NCBI GenBank assembly: GCA_044354675.1
Contig: JBIKZO010000001.1
Coordinates: 320-64,319, forward strand
Reading direction: 5' to 3'
From: Ilumatobacteraceae bacterium
GTDB taxonomy: Bacteria; Actinomycetota; Acidimicrobiia; Acidimicrobiales; Ilumatobacteraceae
DNA length: 64,000 nucleotides
Shown: positions 60,288-64,000 of the stretch, piece by piece
Numbering within the stretch: the stretch's first letter is position 1
How the letters are laid out: each line of letters opens with the position of its first letter
Made by a program: the position numbers and the translations under genes
Notes under the pieces: model-generated
What the model saw: only the letters and a program-made list of their open reading frames with translations
Databases searched by the model: none
Told to the model about the DNA's origin: nothing

Positions 60288-61403
60288 ATGTTGACTCTCG
60301 CTATCGGTGCAGCTACCGATACCGGCAATCTGAGGGGTCAAAACGAAGACGCGCACATCGCAGAACAAGGCCTGTTTGCTGTTGCTGACGGCATGGGTGG
60401 ACATAATGCGGGCGAAGTTGCCAGCGCCATGGCAATCGAACATCTACGAAGCGTTGCGATCAGTGGTGTTTCGTCGGCGGAGGCATTTGCACAAGTGGTT
60501 CGCGACCTCAACGGTGCGATCTACGCATCAGCAACATCAACAACAGATCAGCGTGGAATGGGTACAACTCTCACTGCTGCAGCCCTGCTTGCCCCAACCG
60601 ACAACGTAGATCAACCATCACAACTTGTGATCGCCAATGTTGGTGACTCGCGCACATATCTCCTCCGTTCTGGAGAGTTGCGGCAAATGAGCGTTGATCA
60701 TTCGTATGTGCAGGAACTTGTTACTGAGGGTCTACTGACGATTGACGAGGCGCGCACCCATCCACGTCGCAATATCGTTACACGCGCACTTGGCATAGAC
60801 GAGCAGGTGTCAGTGGATACGTGGACAATACCGATGTTTGACGGTGACCGCTTTATGTTGTGCAGCGATGGGCTCGTAGATGAAGTGCCGCTTGATGAGA
60901 TCACTGAAATGATGCGAGAGCACAGCACACCGCAACACGTTGCTGAGCGATTGGTGACTGCCGCTAAACGGCATGGTGGGCGCGACAACATCACCGTGAT
61001 CGTTGTTGATGTCAACATCAACTCTGTAGCGCCAGAAGTGGTTACTGATATTGCTCCAGTTATTGCTTCCGAAAGCACCACGACAATCAAAAAACGAATT
61101 CTTGCACTGGTTGTTGTAGTGATGCTCTGCAGTGGTGGGTTTGTTGCACTTCGCCACCAACGCAGCGGATATTTTGTGGCGTTCACTAACTCTTCGTCGT
61201 CAGCGACAATTGCAATTTATAAGGGACAGCCTGGCGGGTTGCTGTGGATCAAACCAACTGTTGTTGAAGTTTCGACTACAAAACGAAATGCGATGCAGTC
61301 AGAGTTTCAGCGGGAAATAGACAGAGTGCAGCAATTTGATTCGGTAGACAAAGCCCGCTCGTATCTCAAAATATTTGATGCTGTGTTGAAAGCGCAGGGG
61401 TAA
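60288..61403 (+). CDS. pstP: PP2C-family Ser/Thr phosphatase with C-terminal membrane anchor (PstP-like)
   Basis: ATG at 60288 (MLTLAIGAATDTGNLRGQNEDA) preferred over TTG at 60273. Motifs ADGMGGH, CSDGL and GGRDNITVIVVD, plus a TM helix ALVVVVMLCSGGFVAL. Confidence 0.85.
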   Translation: MLTLAIGAATDTGNLRGQNEDAHIAEQGLFAVADGMGGHNAGEVASAMAIEHLRSVAISGVSSAEAFAQVVRDLNGAIYASATSTTDQRGMGTTLTAAALLAPTDNVDQPSQLVIANVGDSRTYLLRSGELRQMSVDHSYVQELVTEGLLTIDEARTHPRRNIVTRALGIDEQVSVDTWTIPMFDGDRFMLCSDGLVDEVPLDEITEMMREHSTPQHVAERLVTAAKRHGGRDNITVIVVDVNINSVAPEVVTDIAPVIASESTTTIKKRILALVVVVMLCSGGFVALRHQRSGYFVAFTNSSSSATIAIYKGQPGGLLWIKPTVVEVSTTKRNAMQSEFQREIDRVQQFDSVDKARSYLKIFDAVLKAQG

Positions 61404-61408
61404 TCAAC

Positions 61409-63301
61409 ATGGTTAGCAATATGCCTATTGTCAACGATCGTTACCGTGTCGAGCGCAGCGTTGGTCGTGGTGGCATGGCCGAAGTGTTTTTGGCGCATGA
61501 CCTACTGCTTGATCGTCCTGTTGCCCTCAAGGTGTTGTTTCCCGAATATGCCAATGACCCGAACTTTGTCGAGCGTTTTCGCCGCGAGGCTCAGTCTGCT
61601 GCAGGTCTTACTCATCCAAACATTGTTGCTGTGTATGACTGGGGCAAGGTCAACAACACCTACTTCATTGCAATGGAATTTGTGCAAGGACGCACACTTG
61701 CAAGCATCCTGAAAGAAAAATTACGCCTCACCGCCAGACAGGCCTGCGATGTAGCAGTTGATATCGCAAGTGCGTTGGGTTTTGCCCACGACAACGGTGT
61801 GGTGCACCGCGACATTAAGCCAGGAAACATCTTGATTGGCTCTACCGGTCAAGTGAAGGTCGCCGACTTTGGTATTGCTCGTGCACTCGGAGCCGCAGTT
61901 GAAGACGGCCTCACACAAACTGGTTCGGTGATGGGCACAGCGACATACCTCTCTCCCGAACAAGCACAGGGTTCGCAACCAGACCCTCGCAGTGATATTT
62001 ATTCGCTTGGTGTGGTGATGTATGAAATGGTTGCCGGGCGCGCGCCGTTTATTGGTGACAACGCAGTAGGTATTGCATACCAACAGGTGCATGGAGTGCC
62101 TCCCGCGATGAGCGAATTTGCTTCTGATGCGCCAAGAGAGTTTGAAGCGATAGTTGCCAAGTGCATGGCCAAATCGGCAGAACGTCGGTATGGAAATGCA
62201 AATGCTTTGCGCGATGATTTGCGAAGGTTTAGTGCAGGTGAGGAAGTAGTTGCACTTACCGATGTGCAAGGTCGCAAGACACAGTCTCAATCAACAGACA
62301 CCATGGCAATACCTATTATTGCCAGCACAACAGAAACGGCTGATTACGAAGATTTGTATGACGATTTTGCTCCCCGACGAGCAGCGTCCTACATATTTGG
62401 TGCGGTGTTCACCGCCATCATCTTGCTTGCAGCAGGAGTGTTCATCTACCGAACTGTTGATCGTGGCTCTGCCACTTCGCTCACGATTCCAGATGTCACC
62501 AACCGCACCCAAGCCGAAGCGAGTCAAATACTGCTCGATCTCGGACTCACGCCCATACCCAATGCCGTAATTAATGATGCAGTTGGTGATGACATTGTGT
62601 ACGCACAAGACCCACCCGCTACCGCTACTGGACATCAGGGTGATGTAGTAACCATCACCTATAACCCCGCGAAGCAACTGCAAACCGTGCCCCCTATTCA
62701 GGGTCTTTCTGTCGAGAGTGCCACCCAGTTGCTTGCTCCGCTTGGGTTGCAGTTGGTGATCTTTGAGGTTCGCAATGATCCACTTGTGCCGTTAAATCAG
62801 ATCATTACCCAAGATCCATTGGCAAATGAGCAGGTTCGTTCTGGTTCTCCAATTTTGGTTGTTGTGTCTGGCGGTACGGGCGGCAGCAATATTCCAAATA
62901 TTGAAGGCCAAGTTTCTTCAGCAGCCGAACAGTTGCTCAAAAGTTCGCCATACAACTTCGTTGTCACCATCACTGCCGAACCGAGCACAACCGTAGAAAA
63001 AGGTCGAGCGATTCGCACCGACCCAATGATTGGCACACCGCTTCCTGCTGGCTCGCCAATTGCACTGATCGTTTCAAGTGGTTCACCAACCGTTGTCGTG
63101 CCCGACGTTACAGGTAACACCGAAGGCGAAGCACAGACCGCAATCAATGCGGCTGGTTTAATCACTGAAATTAAATATCAAAACGTGCCTGCTGGTGATG
63201 CGAACGATGGTCGGGTTATTTCTCAAAGTCGCGAAGCACAGTCTGCGGTTGCTCCTGGCACCAAAGTCACACTGGTTATCGGAAAATCAACAACGCCATA
63301 A
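61409..63301 (+). CDS. pknB: Ser/Thr protein kinase with extracellular PASTA repeats (PknB-like)
   Basis: 630 aa. Kinase motifs GRGGMAEV, VALK, HRDIKPGN and DFG. One TM helix and four PASTA-like repeats (PDVTN.., PPIQG.., PNIEG.., PDVTG..). Confidence 0.9.
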   Translation: MVSNMPIVNDRYRVERSVGRGGMAEVFLAHDLLLDRPVALKVLFPEYANDPNFVERFRREAQSAAGLTHPNIVAVYDWGKVNNTYFIAMEFVQGRTLASILKEKLRLTARQACDVAVDIASALGFAHDNGVVHRDIKPGNILIGSTGQVKVADFGIARALGAAVEDGLTQTGSVMGTATYLSPEQAQGSQPDPRSDIYSLGVVMYEMVAGRAPFIGDNAVGIAYQQVHGVPPAMSEFASDAPREFEAIVAKCMAKSAERRYGNANALRDDLRRFSAGEEVVALTDVQGRKTQSQSTDTMAIPIIASTTETADYEDLYDDFAPRRAASYIFGAVFTAIILLAAGVFIYRTVDRGSATSLTIPDVTNRTQAEASQILLDLGLTPIPNAVINDAVGDDIVYAQDPPATATGHQGDVVTITYNPAKQLQTVPPIQGLSVESATQLLAPLGLQLVIFEVRNDPLVPLNQIITQDPLANEQVRSGSPILVVVSGGTGGSNIPNIEGQVSSAAEQLLKSSPYNFVVTITAEPSTTVEKGRAIRTDPMIGTPLPAGSPIALIVSSGSPTVVVPDVTGNTEGEAQTAINAAGLITEIKYQNVPAGDANDGRVISQSREAQSAVAPGTKVTLVIGKSTTP

Positions 63302-63318
63302 TTTCAAATCAACTTCGC

Positions 63319-63906
63319 CTAGTTTATTGCGCTTTTTGCTTTCTCAACAAACACTTTGAGCAAGTTGTGTCCAAGTGTTGTCAAAATACTTTCTGGATGA
63401 AACTGCACACCTTCAACATCGAGCGTGCGATGTCGTACGCCCATAATCATTCCGTCCTGAGTTTGCGCAGTGACAACCAATTCGGCTGGCAGTGATTCGC
63501 GCTCAATGATGAGGGAGTGATATCGGGTAGCAGTGATTGGTGATGGCGAACCAACAAAGATTCCTTCACCAGTGTGATGCACTTCTGATGTCTTGCCGTG
63601 CAATAGTTCTGGTGCGCTCAACACTTTTGCGCCATACACATGGCCAATGGCTTGATGCCCTAAACACACGCCGAGCACAGGCACTACTCCAGCAAAAGCC
63701 GTGATCGCATCGCACAACACCCCAGAGTTTTCGGGGCGTCCTGGGCCTGGTGACAACAAAAGAGCATCTGGCTTGAGCGCAAGCAATTCGGCAACGCTCG
63801 ATGCATCATTGCGCACCACGATTGGATCAGCGCCAAGCTCGCCAAGATATTGCACCAGGTTGTAGGTGAAACTGTCGTAGTTATCGAGCACAAGTATGCG
63901 AGCCAC
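63319..63906 (-). CDS. trpG: glutamine amidotransferase, anthranilate/aminodeoxychorismate synthase component II
   Basis: 195 aa. [18 protein letters not shown], the catalytic GVCLGHQ motif and the HPES motif. Position next to pknB matches mycobacterial synteny. Confidence 0.9.
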   Translation of the reverse strand: MARILVLDNYDSFTYNLVQYLGELGADPIVVRNDASSVAELLALKPDALLLSPGPGRPENSGVLCDAITAFAGVVPVLGVCLGHQAIGHVYGAKVLSAPELLHGKTSEVHHTGEGIFVGSPSPITATRYHSLIIERESLPAELVVTAQTQDGMIMGVRHRTLDVEGVQFHPESILTTLGHNLLKVFVEKAKSAIN

Positions 63907-63970
63907 CCCGTAATACTGTCAGCCGATCGGGCGAGGCGAAACCTCATTTACGATCTACACTGGAAAACTC

Positions 63971-64000
63971 ATGGCACCTTCAAAACGACGCACCGGTGGT
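63971..64000 (+). CDS. possible 5' end of cell division protein CrgA (truncated by window end)
   Basis: Only MAPSKRRTGG is visible. A basic N-terminus like MPKSKVRKK and the position beside trpG/pknB fit CrgA. Very little sequence to judge. Confidence 0.3.
   Translation, partial: MAPSKRRTGG

Overview
Compact, about 95% coding chromosomal segment from an Actinomycetota genome. The assignment rests on ClpC, PAC2, HemQ, a LppM-like lipoprotein, standalone groEL2 with a CIRCE element, FhaA-PstP-PknB next to trpG, and a DinB protein. All annotation is by eye from motifs and gene context, with no database search run.

Positions 1-36.8 kb are housekeeping sequence. Hand-counted 60-nt sample lines give about 50-57% GC. 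Genes here include clpC, radA, tag, groEL2, xseAB, an ABC-F protein, tadA flanked by two tRNA-Ser genes, SRP RNA, a 5'-3' exonuclease and recR-dnaX. There is also an acyl-CoA block: methylmalonyl/ethylmalonyl-CoA epimerase, crotonyl-CoA carboxylase/reductase, thiolase, an acyl-CoA carboxylase beta plus epsilon subunit, a family III CoA-transferase, and msrA.

From 36.8 to 59.6 kb the composition drops (sample lines about 27-43% GC) in two accessory blocks of cell-envelope glycan genes.
- Block A (36.8-45.2 kb) holds an orphan 497-aa internally repetitive protein, two GT-C-like polytopic membrane proteins, two acyltransferase-3 genes and a LysM-SLT transglycosylase. It is punctuated by tRNA-Arg and two tRNA-Ser genes.
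- Block B (49.6-59.6 kb) holds a Wzz-like protein with a degenerate kinase-like tail, a CapD/PglF-type dehydratase, a Wzy/WaaL-like protein, Wzt with a C-terminal extension, Wzm, tRNA-Leu and glycosyltransferases.
- A core-like islet separates the blocks: pheA, a DUF2510 protein, an MBL-Rieske fusion, an L,D-transpeptidase and a 2OG oxygenase.

The most interesting candidate system is in block B. Two paralogous small coiled-coil proteins each sit directly upstream of a glycosyltransferase. Each carries a perfect in-frame tandem DNA repeat of coiled-coil period length (33 bp = 11 aa; 21 bp = 7 aa). They flank a convergent wzt/wzm exporter. I hypothesise a split, repeat-tunable glycan chain-length ruler.

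A second recurring oddity concerns the tRNAs. All six tRNA genes are on the minus strand, and each directly leads a protein gene. In two cases the ATG shares its A with the encoded tRNA CCA end.

No integrase, transposase, CRISPR array or recognisable defence genes were seen.
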